DNA of 64,000 nucleotides from a virus (lineage: Duplodnaviria > Caudoviricetes), in the IMG/VR virus record IMGVR_UViG_3300028886_000041, one strand, 5' to 3'. The position numbers were made by a program, and so were the translations under genes. This document shows, piece after piece, positions 35,767 through 47,700 of the stretch. The notes below the pieces were generated by a model. That model was given only the letters and a program-made list of their open reading frames with translations. It made no database searches and was not told the DNA's origin. Positions within the stretch are counted from its first letter, which is position 1; each line of letters starts with the position of its first letter.

Positions 35767-36407
35767 TAATGTGTTAAATCTATATATTTTTGAATTTCTT
35801 TTGTTATATCTTGTGGTGATTGTGTTCCATCTATTACATATGTTTCAACATTTTTAAATAGTGGATCAATTATTGATTGATCATAATATTCAACCATATT
35901 AACAAACTTTTCACGAGAAAGATTATCATAATAATCTATTTTACCTGTTATTTCAGTTTTTCTATTTGATGAATTTCGTCTGTTAATAATATCATCCGCA
36001 GATATTTTTAAATAAAATCGTTTATAATCAAAATTAGCATTCAATAACGATATTATATCATATATAATTTCTGTAAATAATCTATAATTTGTTTCTAATA
36101 ATTTATGAATACACCCTTGATATACATACATCGAAGTAATACCTCTATCCACAACATTAGAAACTTGATTTTTATCGTCTAACATTTTTTCGTATACAGA
36201 ATAAAATGAAGCTGTCAATAATCCTAGTTGAGCCCTACTAGTAATATTAGGATCATATTTAATCAATTGTCTAATCTCTTCCCCAATTTTAGTAGAACCG
36301 GGAATACGTATGTATTCCATATTATATATAGATTTCAACGCATTTGCTTGTGATGTTTTTCCCGCGTATTCAGGGCCTTCTAATTCCACTAACAAAGGTT
36401 TACTCAT
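35766..36407 (-). CDS. tmk: thymidylate kinase
   Basis: ELEGPEYAGKTSQ P-loop, RIPG..IGEEIR, DRG..S.YVYQG. Confidence 0.88.
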   Translation of the reverse strand: MSKPLLVELEGPEYAGKTSQANALKSIYNMEYIRIPGSTKIGEEIRQLIKYDPNITSRAQLGLLTASFYSVYEKMLDDKNQVSNVVDRGITSMYVYQGCIHKLLETNYRLFTEIIYDIISLLNANFDYKRFYLKISADDIINRRNSSNRKTEITGKIDYYDNLSREKFVNMVEYYDQSIIDPLFKNVETYVIDGTQSPQDITKEIQKYIDLTH

Positions 36408-36449
36408 AATTTAAATATAATTTGATTTTGTAAAAAATCAACAAATTAA

Positions 36450-36860
36450 TTATTTTACAAATATATTATGCCAATTGCTAAATATAGCAGCAGCAACGGT
36501 ACCTATAAAAGCTATCCAAGTTATTTTGGTCTTGAAATCAATTTTTGTACTATGCTTATAATTATCTTTCAAGTTTTCTAATTGCTTATTAACAGATTTA
36601 AATCCTTCATCCATCTGTTGCTGCATATTAAGCATTTTAATTTTTAATTCATTTAATTTAACTTGCGTAGATTCTTCTGCGTATTTAAATTTCATATCTA
36701 ATACTTTTTCCAAATCTATATCTAACGTTTTTTTGACATTACTCATTTCTTTATTCAAGTTAGATACCTGAATTGTGATGGGTAGTTGACCATTACCTAT
36801 ATATAAAGTATGGTTTATTTTTTCTATTTCATCATTCAAACGTTGAATAGTGGAATCCAT
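36450..36860 (-). CDS. coiled-coil protein with C-terminal TM helix
   Basis: Helical body then ITWIAFIGTVAAAIF; TAAATA upstream. Confidence 0.65.
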   Translation of the reverse strand: MDSTIQRLNDEIEKINHTLYIGNGQLPITIQVSNLNKEMSNVKKTLDIDLEKVLDMKFKYAEESTQVKLNELKIKMLNMQQQMDEGFKSVNKQLENLKDNYKHSTKIDFKTKITWIAFIGTVAAAIFSNWHNIFVK

Positions 36861-36886
36861 ATTTAATATTATTTATTAAAAAAGGG

Positions 36887-36913
36887 TGAAAAATGGGATA
36901 TACCCATTTTTCA
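36887..36913. terminator. hairpin, possible terminator
   Basis: TGAAAAATGGG/CCCATTTTTCA. Confidence 0.55.
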
Positions 36914-37111
36914 TTATCCCAATATCAATCTTAATGATTCATTATTAATATTATTATCTTTTATTTCTAGAACAATAATATTAGATTGTGAATACCATAT
37001 ACCTGATATGCATAAATCACCATTTGCTGAAACATCGGTGATTATACCTGATTGAGGCATTGAATTGGAATTTACTTTATATATTATTTGTTTTCCTATT
37101 TTGTCATTCAT
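36914..37111 (-). CDS. hypothetical protein
   Basis: 65 aa, coupled to upstream gene. Confidence 0.65.
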   Translation of the reverse strand: MNDKIGKQIIYKVNSNSMPQSGIITDVSANGDLCISGIWYSQSNIIVLEIKDNNINNESLRLILG

Positions 37112-37112
37112 T

Positions 37113-37646
37113 TTACAGATCTAATTGTAGTTGACGGTTTATTATTTCACTATTTTTGTCAATTATTATGACTTTCTTTAAATTATAAATTTTATTTTTA
37201 TCTTTCGCAACTGATATCGGAAATTTTCTAAAATAATATAAAGAATCATTATCAATAAAATATGATGGATGTTTCAAAATAAATGTTTCCACAATACGTT
37301 GAATCATCGCTTTAAACTGTCGTCGAGTAGCTAATTTTTTAGATTGTGTTGTAAAAAGAAATCTTTTAGGTATAGAAACATATACATTAATTAATCCATC
37401 ATATTTGCTATATATAGTACCAAAATCTATTAATGCATCATCTGATTTTGTTTCTTCATCTGAACTTGGAACATATTGGGTTCCTTGACCAGGGGAAGTT
37501 GGACATTTTCCCTGTTGATAATAACTATCTTTAGTAGGAGACGGAATACCACTATATTTATACGAAGTTGGAGTATCGTAATTTTGATATCCCCAGTTCG
37601 CGGTTATATAATTTTCCCATATTAATTCTGAATCAGTCTTTTCCAT
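37113..37646 (-). CDS. late protein with DSELIWENY N-terminus
   Basis: MEKTDSELIWENY; TAAATA upstream. Confidence 0.7.
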   Translation of the reverse strand: MEKTDSELIWENYITANWGYQNYDTPTSYKYSGIPSPTKDSYYQQGKCPTSPGQGTQYVPSSDEETKSDDALIDFGTIYSKYDGLINVYVSIPKRFLFTTQSKKLATRRQFKAMIQRIVETFILKHPSYFIDNDSLYYFRKFPISVAKDKNKIYNLKKVIIIDKNSEIINRQLQLDL

Positions 37647-37698
37647 TCAATATTAAATATTTATTGATTTTCATATGAAAGTACTTTAAAATAAAAAA

Positions 37699-38568
37699 AT
37701 GAAACTTTTAATTATAGATGGAAATAACTTATTACATCGAGTTTATTGGGTGGCTAAAAAGCAAGAAACTTATAACATGAATCAAGTAGTTTTAAGTTTT
37801 CTAAAAAGTATAAAATACAATATTTCAAAATTTAACCCTGATAGAGTCATATGTACTTGGGATAAAAAATTACAATCGAATGTATCTAATTTTAGAATTG
37901 ATGAATCAGATACATATAAAGCAAATAGATTAAAAAATGATGAAATTTATGAAGCAACATATATTATTGATGAATTTTTAGATACTCTTGGTATAAAAGT
38001 AATGTACCCGGGTTGTCTAGAAGCAGATGATATTATGCATTATATTTCGATAAAAAATCTTGATGAAAATATTATAATATCAACAGATAAAGATATATTA
38101 CAATTAGTTAACGAACATACTAAAATTTATAACCCTGTTAAAAAAATACTTTATAATACAAATAATTTTGAATCATTGGTAGGTAACTCTATAAAAGATT
38201 TTGTTCTTATAAAAGCTATAGTTGGGGATAATTCAGATAATATTAAAGGATTAACAGGTTATGGAATAAAAAGAGCAAAAAAATTAATCCAACACCCAGA
38301 AAAAATAACCGATGAACAAATGGTTATAATAGAACAAAACTTAAAATTGATAGATTTATCAAAAGGATGGCAAGTGAACGAGCCACAAGAAGAATATATA
38401 TATAGAGAACAATATAATAAAGAATGGCCTATTGCGGATAAAAATAAATTTTTTGAATTATGTGAAAAAAATAATATATCAGAATTTTTAAATATTAATT
38501 ATTGGAAAATATTTTTTGAACCAAAAACAAAAAAGATTAATAATTTAATAGATTTTTTATCTGATTAA
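37699..38568 (+). CDS. rnh: T4 RNase H-like 5'-3' exonuclease (flap endonuclease)
   Basis: IIDGNN, YKANR, EADD, STDKD, GDNSDNI.G..G.G.K. Confidence 0.92.
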   Translation: MKLLIIDGNNLLHRVYWVAKKQETYNMNQVVLSFLKSIKYNISKFNPDRVICTWDKKLQSNVSNFRIDESDTYKANRLKNDEIYEATYIIDEFLDTLGIKVMYPGCLEADDIMHYISIKNLDENIIISTDKDILQLVNEHTKIYNPVKKILYNTNNFESLVGNSIKDFVLIKAIVGDNSDNIKGLTGYGIKRAKKLIQHPEKITDEQMVIIEQNLKLIDLSKGWQVNEPQEEYIYREQYNKEWPIADKNKFFELCEKNNISEFLNINYWKIFFEPKTKKINNLIDFLSD

Positions 38569-38573
38569 ATAAA

Positions 38574-38876
38574 TTATTCTTCTTCAAATACATATACAGA
38601 AGAAGTAGTAGGAGTACATATTCCAGATCTAGGAGGATTTTTATATCCAAATACTGTTAAATCTAATAATCCATTTATAACTGTTAATCCTAATGGATTT
38701 CCATCAGCAATTCCACAATTTTTAATATCTTTTACATAAAACATTTCACCTTCTTTACCTGATAAACAATCAGATTTAGTATTAATTATGGGAAGTATAT
38801 GTTTTAATAACGTATTATTTGTTATTTGAAAACTATACAATCCATTTTCAGGTGTTATATGTTCATATGTATCCAT
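38574..38876 (-). CDS. hypothetical protein, tail-fibre region
   Basis: 100 aa at the end of the structural operon. Confidence 0.6.
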   Translation of the reverse strand: MDTYEHITPENGLYSFQITNNTLLKHILPIINTKSDCLSGKEGEMFYVKDIKNCGIADGNPLGLTVINGLLDLTVFGYKNPPRSGICTPTTSSVYVFEEE

Positions 38877-38878
38877 AA

Positions 38879-39190
38879 TTATAGATAATTAATTTGATAT
38901 GTATTCCAAATATCACTAATACCTGTATAAATTTTTATTTGTGAATTATTATAAACAATATCCCCTGCTATTATTCCTTCAGTGGGAAGTTCCATATTTT
39001 CTGAAGATAACACAATATTATGAATAGGATTGCCACCCATAGTTTCTCCATCACCAACATATAAACGTTTGGCATCGGTTGCATAACCTAATTCACCTTC
39101 TGATAATATACATTTCATTAATTCAGAAGTTGTTCCTTTTCTTACTATAAAACGAAAAGGAGTATTTTCATTTATTGTTGCGATTTCCAT
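38879..39190 (-). CDS. Mtd_N/hyaluronidase-N-like fibre domain protein
   Basis: RKGT...GELGYATDAKRLYVGDG. Confidence 0.8.
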   Translation of the reverse strand: MEIATINENTPFRFIVRKGTTSELMKCILSEGELGYATDAKRLYVGDGETMGGNPIHNIVLSSENMELPTEGIIAGDIVYNNSQIKIYTGISDIWNTYQINYL

Positions 39191-39194
39191 AATT

Positions 39195-40142
39195 TTATGA
39201 AGTTACCACTAATGTTGTTACAGTTCTTGGGTACCAATAACTAACTGATTCATTACCACTTAAATTATCTATCGATGTTACAGAAGATCCGAATATAGAA
39301 GTTAATGTTTGAGCGTTCATATTAGTTAAAAATGAACTATCAATTGTTGATGTTAAAGTCGATACTGCAGTAGAAGAAAGTGAACTAACAGTACCCGTAC
39401 TTAAAGCAAGACCTTGTCCTAAATATATAGTATCATACATCCAATCATGTTTCCGTTTTTCAAACTCTATCCAGCTGTTAGAAGGATATACAACTAATTT
39501 ATCTGATTCATACGAAGGACCGCTCCCATCAGCACCAGCAGCACTGAATATAGAAGATATTGTATATTTAGGTCCTATGGGCCCATATTGAGCTTCCCAA
39601 TAGTTGCCAGTTAACGGAGAATGTTCAAAATCAAAAAAAGGTATATCTAATCTATTTTCATAACATGAAAATACATCAGAAAAACGCAAATATATACCCG
39701 CATTTCCTAAAGTTGTTATAGGATTAGAATAAGTATCTAAAAGATTAAATGTAAATTGTGGATATGTGTCACCTGGAAGAACAGTTCCATCTGCGGTTGT
39801 TACTGGTTGAGAAGAAATTTCAACAGTTCTAAAAAACATTGGATCAAAATTTGTCCCTGCGCCTCCATTATCACCACCCAAAGATTTCCAATAACTTTGA
39901 TCATACCAATACATTACACCATTAACCAATGCAATATCATTAGTTATAGGGTTGGTAATTTGTTGTAACGTATTTGCCTTCCAATGAACTGGTATGGGAT
40001 TACCACCGGCAGTTTCCCCATCACCTATGTATAAACGTTTTGTATCTAAAGTATAAGCAGGTTCGCCTTCATCAAATACAACATCTTTACGTTCAGCTTC
40101 TAAACCTCTTCTAAATTTTAATTTTACTATTTCTGTTTTCAT
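39195..40142 (-). CDS. tail fibre protein with Mtd_N-like domain
   Basis: RRG...GEPAYTLDTKRLYIGDG. Confidence 0.8.
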   Translation of the reverse strand: MKTEIVKLKFRRGLEAERKDVVFDEGEPAYTLDTKRLYIGDGETAGGNPIPVHWKANTLQQITNPITNDIALVNGVMYWYDQSYWKSLGGDNGGAGTNFDPMFFRTVEISSQPVTTADGTVLPGDTYPQFTFNLLDTYSNPITTLGNAGIYLRFSDVFSCYENRLDIPFFDFEHSPLTGNYWEAQYGPIGPKYTISSIFSAAGADGSGPSYESDKLVVYPSNSWIEFEKRKHDWMYDTIYLGQGLALSTGTVSSLSSTAVSTLTSTIDSSFLTNMNAQTLTSIFGSSVTSIDNLSGNESVSYWYPRTVTTLVVTS

Positions 40143-40144
40143 TT

Positions 40145-41146
40145 TTATGATCGTGATTTATATATTGCTGCAACAACTTGTAATGAAAATCCATAATGAT
40201 CTGGATATTGTTCTTTATTTTTATATCCTCCTCTAACATATGTCCATCCTTCACCTGTCGAAGGCCTTGTTTGTAAAATTTTAAAATTTGTTGATCCTTG
40301 AACATATGGAAGAACATATATAGCATTAGAAAGTGTTTTAGGAATTGAGGGGTTTGCCTCCTTGGATTGTTTTGTTATAGGGGCATCAAATCCATCCCAT
40401 AATCCAGGATATGTTAAATATGTATCACAACCTGTTTGTGAACCATAACTATCATGACTATTATCCAACATATATGTACTAATTCGCAATACAACAGCAA
40501 TTGCTGTTGAAGCATTTGCAACATAACTAGCAAAATCCATTTCATGTGAAATAGAATTTGCCCCCCAGCCATCTTCATAATAAGTGTAACCTAGGTAACC
40601 GTACCCTTCTCTCTTACCATAAAGCATATTAGATAAAGTTTTATCAAATTCTATATCATTTTCGTTATTATTATCTTTTGGCCCCAATTTTAATATATCA
40701 CCTTCATCAGCAGCAATATAAGGCCATCGGGTTTTTCCAAATTTTGCATAATTATTATCGATAAATAATTCACTATTTTTAAACGAATATTGTGTACCTA
40801 ATTTATTATATAATAATGCTTGATGTTGTTTAAATCCATCACCTGATAAAACAAAGGATTTACCACCACTTAAAACAGTATACAATGAATGAGGATATAA
40901 ATCAACTGTATTATCATGTACAATAGAACACCCTTCAACTGAAACCATTAGATTACTTTTTACACCACTTCCATCATATATACATGAATATCCAGAATAA
41001 GCAGAATTATATGTAGAGGAATTTAATGATTCTCTAATTTTGCTTTTATCATGACTTTTTATTAAAATAGGATTACCATTAGTAAATGGATCATTTACCA
41101 TTACATTTGGATATGTTTTTGCTATATATCTATCAGTAAAATTCAT
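40145..41146 (-). CDS. putative tail fibre protein
   Basis: IAKTY...DGSG..SNL motif shared with 41150-41875. Confidence 0.6.
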   Translation of the reverse strand: MNFTDRYIAKTYPNVMVNDPFTNGNPILIKSHDKSKIRESLNSSTYNSAYSGYSCIYDGSGVKSNLMVSVEGCSIVHDNTVDLYPHSLYTVLSGGKSFVLSGDGFKQHQALLYNKLGTQYSFKNSELFIDNNYAKFGKTRWPYIAADEGDILKLGPKDNNNENDIEFDKTLSNMLYGKREGYGYLGYTYYEDGWGANSISHEMDFASYVANASTAIAVVLRISTYMLDNSHDSYGSQTGCDTYLTYPGLWDGFDAPITKQSKEANPSIPKTLSNAIYVLPYVQGSTNFKILQTRPSTGEGWTYVRGGYKNKEQYPDHYGFSLQVVAAIYKSRS

Positions 41147-41149
41147 TTA

Positions 41150-41875
41150 TTATCCTTCTATATATTCATATCTATATATTCTTATTGCTGATTCACGTTG
41201 ATTGTAATTATTTACGGCGTGCAATTGTCCCATACTAGTTAAATTATCATTAAACATGGATGCAGGAACAACCCCTGAAAAATTATATCCATATTCTGAT
41301 ATTTTTCCTCCGGTATCACCATATTCAGAAATATATATATCACCAACTGCCTCTATCCAAAGTCTTACAATTTTTCTCCCTGCTGGGGCTATATTTATGG
41401 TTGTCGGAACACCCCCAATTTTCATCCAATAATTATTCTGTGAACTAGATGCATAATCACTCACCGCATATAAAACAGGGTTATCAATTTTGTAATCTTT
41501 AAAAGTTGTACCTTGTAATACCAAAAAATTCGTGTTATTATCTGCATTGGGAATATTTAAATTAATATTTTTATATAAAATATTATTTCCACCATCTGTA
41601 GATAAAATACTGGCAGATATTCCCGTTATTGTATTATAATTATCACCTGTTACAAATATATTATTATTATATAAATTGTCATTATTTAATGTAGGATATA
41701 TAACACTATTAAGTTTAATAGAATTATTTGAACCATCACCATAATATTTATTAACATATAATTGAGATGCCGTTCCATATCCATCCATAATTGGATTTCC
41801 GGTTGATAAACTCAACTGCATTACAGATTGATATGTTAGACTTATGCTATTTCCTGATAATGAATTTTCTGTCAT
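41150..41875 (-). CDS. putative tail fibre protein
   Basis: ISLTY...DGYG..SQL motif. Confidence 0.6.
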   Translation of the reverse strand: MTENSLSGNSISLTYQSVMQLSLSTGNPIMDGYGTASQLYVNKYYGDGSNNSIKLNSVIYPTLNNDNLYNNNIFVTGDNYNTITGISASILSTDGGNNILYKNINLNIPNADNNTNFLVLQGTTFKDYKIDNPVLYAVSDYASSSQNNYWMKIGGVPTTINIAPAGRKIVRLWIEAVGDIYISEYGDTGGKISEYGYNFSGVVPASMFNDNLTSMGQLHAVNNYNQRESAIRIYRYEYIEG

Positions 41876-41898
41876 AATTATTCCTTCGTCATAACATT

Positions 41899-42681
41899 TT
41901 ATCTATAAGTGCTATCGTTTAATATCATTCCTGTTATCATAGCATTTCCAATTTTAAAATAACCACCATCAGAATTTACGAAAATGTATTGTTCTTTATT
42001 AGCCATAAGGCCATACATATTAACCCAATCGTTATTACGATTTCCGTATATAGGTGTGTTATTAATAACCACTGGAACCCTTGGGCCATTATTACTTTTT
42101 CGTATTTTTACATATGTAACTTTATTATTAAAATAACCATAAGAAGGGTGATACAAACTATTAAAATCAATTTCAGTCCCACTAACTCCTTGCCACCCAT
42201 TTGCATTAAAATTACCAACACCATCAACAAAACTAATTTCTTTATTAATATTTAATCCTATATTATCAGCACGGAAAACACCATCTCTTTTTATATAATA
42301 TGCAGAAGGCGTGTTGGTACCGGTGGTATTATTGAATGTATAAGTATTTTCACCAATTTTAATATTATTTTGTGTCGCTAATACTTTATCGGATTGAACT
42401 ATCTTGTTGACATCCAACATAAATAATCGTGTTGGTGATATTGTTGTGGGATAAAAATAATTGCCAAATTTTACACTAGTTTTCGATAATGATAATGAAG
42501 TTTGATAAATATCATATATATAAACAGGAGAAATATTGATACGACTATCACCTAAATAATATGGAACCAGTAAATGATATACATTAAAATAAGAGCCATC
42601 AGTTACTGTTGTGGTTAAATTTTTAGTTCCTTCACCACCTATAACCTGATCACGTAATCCACTAAACCCATTATCACTCAT
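41899..42681 (-). CDS. putative tail fibre/structural protein
   Basis: Beta-rich; TAAATA upstream; first gene of the fibre operon. Confidence 0.55.
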   Translation of the reverse strand: MSDNGFSGLRDQVIGGEGTKNLTTTVTDGSYFNVYHLLVPYYLGDSRINISPVYIYDIYQTSLSLSKTSVKFGNYFYPTTISPTRLFMLDVNKIVQSDKVLATQNNIKIGENTYTFNNTTGTNTPSAYYIKRDGVFRADNIGLNINKEISFVDGVGNFNANGWQGVSGTEIDFNSLYHPSYGYFNNKVTYVKIRKSNNGPRVPVVINNTPIYGNRNNDWVNMYGLMANKEQYIFVNSDGGYFKIGNAMITGMILNDSTYR

Positions 42682-42713
42682 TTTATTAAAATATTTATTA
42701 GTCTATTCATTAA

Positions 42714-44795
42714 TTACAATATTATTTCAGCGTTGAGTGATTTTTTAGTATTAAGTATTACGGATTGCATATTATCTAATATTGTTTTCTCAAAATTATA
42801 AAATCTTTCGATTATTCTATTTACAACACAAACATCAATATTTTCATTATCATATATTTTTATATCATCTAAATTTAACAATTCATTTTGTATATAATCA
42901 AAACGTTTAATAAGGATATTTGAATATTCATCATATTCCATTACTGGTTTGAATATAATTTTAGTTGCGAGATAATTTAAATTATATGCTAGTTTAAATA
43001 ATGCTTTATTATAAGTTAAAGATTGAACGTATTCATTTTTAATATAAATATCATCTAATTTATATATATCAAAATCTGAATAATAATTAACTATTTTATT
43101 ATTATCATTAGCCAATAATGTATTATATGAAATATTATCAACACAATATAATATACGGCTATTTATAACAACAAAAATATAATCATATTTACTATCCACA
43201 TGAACAATAGGCATACATTTTATATTAACAGTATAATAATCACTCGTTAAAAAAGTTGATGATTCTTCTGCTATATCATATTCGCCCCATTTATATGGAT
43301 CTGCTTCCCAATTTAAATTATTGAAATTCCATTTACTATGACCACTTCTTACTATTTGATATCTACGAAATAGGAATGAACCAATATTTTCATGTAATTT
43401 CGTCATGAATTTTTTAAAAATTCTTCTATTAGTTACTACATAACAAATATTAGAAGTATTATATGATGAATACATTTTATGGCAAAATTCGTCATTATCT
43501 AAATATATGCCAGAAAATACTTTCTCTTTAAATTGAAATTTAATATCATATTTTAAAATATATGCATCACGAGTTAAAATATAATATTCCTCTGTAATAT
43601 CGTTATAAATTATATCAACAGGTTTGTTTGCTTGGAAATTACGATTATTCATTGTTCCAAGCCAATTAAATGCTTTATCAAATATTTTTATTGAATCATC
43701 ACCCAAATCAAATACCATTAATTGATTATTGATGAATCTAACGATGGTTGGATCAATAAATTTATAATTATTTCCACCAGTTGCATCTTGATCACCAAAT
43801 ATGTTAACTAGCATAAATCTTCGTTTAAACAATTTATCTTCATTAATAATATTTGATATATCATACATATATATATTACCACTTCCTCTATCTAATACAT
43901 ATAAATATTTTTCACCATCAAATGCAATACTATCTAATTTATTATATGTTAAATTATTGATATATGTTAATGAACCTACACGGCCACCGTTTTCATCAAT
44001 CGTATCTATGTCTTGTGACGCACTATCATCGATAAATTGAGTATTTAATATTAATTTCATGTTGCTAATATTCGATTCTGATAAATTTTCAGTTTCTTCA
44101 TCGAATTTAGAACGTAAACATATTATTCTATTGGCAAACGGTGCTTCTGACAATGGGGCATCAGCATCTGTTGTTGTAATAGCAAATAGAAATGAATATT
44201 CCCCCCTATTAATGGCAACAGCTTCGCGTATGTTATTAATCAAACGCATATTAATAACATCATTTGCTAATGTTCTATAATCAAAATCAACAGGTTTTCG
44301 TTCAATATCCTCTGTACCTTGTGTACCATTGGATTCTTGCCATACAAAATATTCATTCGGATTTCCATCATCCGTTACCATCATATTTTTATACCTGCCA
44401 GCCCAATCACGAAGTTTCAATGGAACATAATTATTAGGTACAAAACTATTAGAATATATATAAATTAAATTACTATATAATTTGTTTAACGAATTATTAA
44501 ATATAGATGCTTTAACAGGTGAATTAACATCTATTCTGATATCATTTAAGGAATATGGTAAAGTTAATGTTTCGTTTGGTAAACGATCACGTAAATACGG
44601 AGAATGATTTAATTCATTCTCTATAACATTATCACATTCAACAGAATATATTTGATCGTGTTTACCCTGCCATGCGTTCCCATTATTATCAACATTATAA
44701 AACCCTTCTATAGGATTGCCTGTTATTTTGCTATAATATATATAATATTGATTTGGGTTCTTATCCCCTGATGGAATATATTCAAAATACTTCAT
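42714..44795 (-). CDS. structural protein with beta-propeller-like region
   Basis: IAFDGEKYLYVLD, LMVFDLGDDSIKIFD, PVDIIYN NHL-like blades. Confidence 0.6.
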   Translation of the reverse strand: MKYFEYIPSGDKNPNQYYIYYSKITGNPIEGFYNVDNNGNAWQGKHDQIYSVECDNVIENELNHSPYLRDRLPNETLTLPYSLNDIRIDVNSPVKASIFNNSLNKLYSNLIYIYSNSFVPNNYVPLKLRDWAGRYKNMMVTDDGNPNEYFVWQESNGTQGTEDIERKPVDFDYRTLANDVINMRLINNIREAVAINRGEYSFLFAITTTDADAPLSEAPFANRIICLRSKFDEETENLSESNISNMKLILNTQFIDDSASQDIDTIDENGGRVGSLTYINNLTYNKLDSIAFDGEKYLYVLDRGSGNIYMYDISNIINEDKLFKRRFMLVNIFGDQDATGGNNYKFIDPTIVRFINNQLMVFDLGDDSIKIFDKAFNWLGTMNNRNFQANKPVDIIYNDITEEYYILTRDAYILKYDIKFQFKEKVFSGIYLDNDEFCHKMYSSYNTSNICYVVTNRRIFKKFMTKLHENIGSFLFRRYQIVRSGHSKWNFNNLNWEADPYKWGEYDIAEESSTFLTSDYYTVNIKCMPIVHVDSKYDYIFVVINSRILYCVDNISYNTLLANDNNKIVNYYSDFDIYKLDDIYIKNEYVQSLTYNKALFKLAYNLNYLATKIIFKPVMEYDEYSNILIKRFDYIQNELLNLDDIKIYDNENIDVCVVNRIIERFYNFEKTILDNMQSVILNTKKSLNAEIIL

Positions 44796-47700
44796 GTTGT
44801 AAATCTAAAAATTATATCGTTAATATTTGTTTGAATTGGCAATTTAGATGGAATAATACTATTTATAGCTTTTTTTAATGATTTTTTATCATTTTCATTA
44901 ACATCAATATTTTTTACTACGATATTAAATTTATTTGTTTTAAATCCAGGAACAGATTGTTTAAACATTCTATTAATTGTTTCGGTTTTATTACGTTCAC
45001 CACAAGGTATATTTAAAACAATATCATCCACTTTATTATGTTGCATATTTAATATTTTAACTTCATCCTTTGTTAAAATGTTTTTATACAGTTTAAAATA
45101 TTTTATTTGTAATCCGTCAGTAAAATAATTATTTTGTTTTATATGTTTAAACAACGGAATATTATAAAATGAATCAGTGCCAATTAACATATTTTCATCA
45201 AAAATATTTTCAGAAATATACTTTCCTATTTCAAAATTATCCGTTATTATTAGTTTTCCGTTTTTATATATTTCAATATTACCATCAATACCGTTAAAAT
45301 TAATTACCATATTATTATCACCCGGCTCAAAATCAGGCAAATTAATAATACGTGTATTAATACGATTATTATATTTGTTAGTTAATTTATATTTAATATA
45401 ATAATCATTATATTGATCGTGTAATTTTTTTATCAATGAATAATTAGTTAACCGAGTTTCTCCTTGTTTCAAATTATGCCCACGATAATTTGTTTTTGTT
45501 ATTAATTCAAGATTAAAATCTTCTAATTTATATAACGAAACATAATCATAAGGATTTTTTCGTAATGTAAATTCAGAATCACCTGTTATTTCAGTAATTT
45601 CTCTACCATATTTATCATATACCTTATCAACAGTTACTACAATAAAATATTTTTTAATTTTATTATCTCTTATTTCACTAACATAATCAAATGCAAATAT
45701 TTTTTTGTTAATATCATTAAAATTATATCTAAATAATAAATCTCTATCGGTATTATAAATATCTAATTTAGATTCATCATAAGCAATACCAACATAATCA
45801 TCAAGTATTTTAAAATCTTGTATCGATTTAGCAGTAAAAAATATAGATGCTTGTTTGTTATCAATATAATTTATTTTTTTATTTACAGAATTAGGATTAA
45901 AATAATATATATGATGGATATGACGGTGATTATTATCAATGTCTTCACCATCATAAAACAATCCATATCTATAATCTTGTTCGGTAATACCAGCTGTACT
46001 ACTAGCTAAGAAATACTTATCATCTTGCTTAAATACTATATTATATGAATTAGGAGATAATAAAATTCCGGTTTCGGCAGTTATGCTTTCATTTGTTATA
46101 GTTTTTATATCTTCATCATTATAAGAAATTTCATATATATTGCCAACATTACTTATACCATATAAATTATTTTCATCATAACTCACGCTTACTATATTTT
46201 CATTTATAATATTATTCTCATTAAAATTAAAAGATAACAATTCAATACCGTTTGAATCCATTCGCATTATTTGTTGTTGATAAACAACATAATAAAAATC
46301 ATTGTGTTCTACACGAACTAATTTTAAATATGCATCATAAATAGGTAATATATCAATTAATGATAAATCGGTATTATAAACATAATTACCATTAACATCC
46401 ATATCACTACTAAATAAAAATCTATTCCAATCATACAGATATGTACTCCAAGTATCATGGTTTAGATATGAAAGACCGCCTCCTAATGTACCATTAATAG
46501 TTTCCCAATTATCATTAGTCGTACCAAATGTAACACCACCAGCAAATGTTATAATCGGTAACGGGGTAGTAACTACATTTTTCTTAAATGTAAACCCATA
46601 ACAATTTAAATTACCAAAAATTTGATCTGCAATTACTTTATTGTAATCTACACTGTTTAAACAGAAAGAAAAACTTAATTGATTGTTATACATGTAATCT
46701 TTAACCGGTACTTTAGCATATCGAGAACCGTTTAATGTATAAATATCATTTTCAACATCTTCATCGTATACATATGTATCATCAGTATTTAATAATTTAA
46801 TAGAACTTAATATTAAATTTTTATTATTATTATTAAAATTATCAATTTCTCGATTAGTAATACGTTTATAAATATACGTTGTAGATGGATTGATAGTTAA
46901 ATCGCTAACAATATCAATATATCCATCTTTAACTATTTCATTATGTTCGTAAAATATTTTATCAATATCTGTTACATTATTGATTACTTTAGCTGGATTT
47001 GTTGCAATATTTTGAACATTTGTTAATAATGGATTGTAATATCGACTTAACCATATACCTTTATCATCTAAATCAGAACAAGATAACCACGCATAAGATT
47101 TAATTAAATTATTATCATTTAATTTATAAATTTTATCAGCTAAGGATGGATTTACATATCCAAATGCACCTGAATCTTCAAATGCTATATCATTAATATT
47201 AATCGAAGACGGGAGAGGGGATAAACTTGAAGGAGTTGTAAATGTATTTACACCTGGTTTAATTTGCAAATCAGTCAAATAATAATTATAATTTAAAGTC
47301 AATAACGCATTACCTGTTTCCTGATTGGAACCTGTAAATAAACTTGTATATTCTCTAAAATTAAGATTAGGTGTTAAATCAGTTTTTGATAAATAACCAC
47401 GGGGAGTAACTTGATTTTTTAAAACTAATAAATCAACATCTATATTATCTCCATCTAAATAAGAATATTGTGAGTTCATTAATATATTATTAGATAAATC
47501 ATAAATTGATTTATAGTGATCAATATCTAACGTTTTATTTCCATAAACACCAAATCCAGTATTTATATTCACATTATTTTTAATATTTGATGGATTTGTT
47601 AAAATAAATGTTTGTGATTCATCGAAATATGACGTAGATCCCGTAATAACTTTAAATATTGATTCAATCAATGTTATTACACCATTTTGTGATCCCGAGT

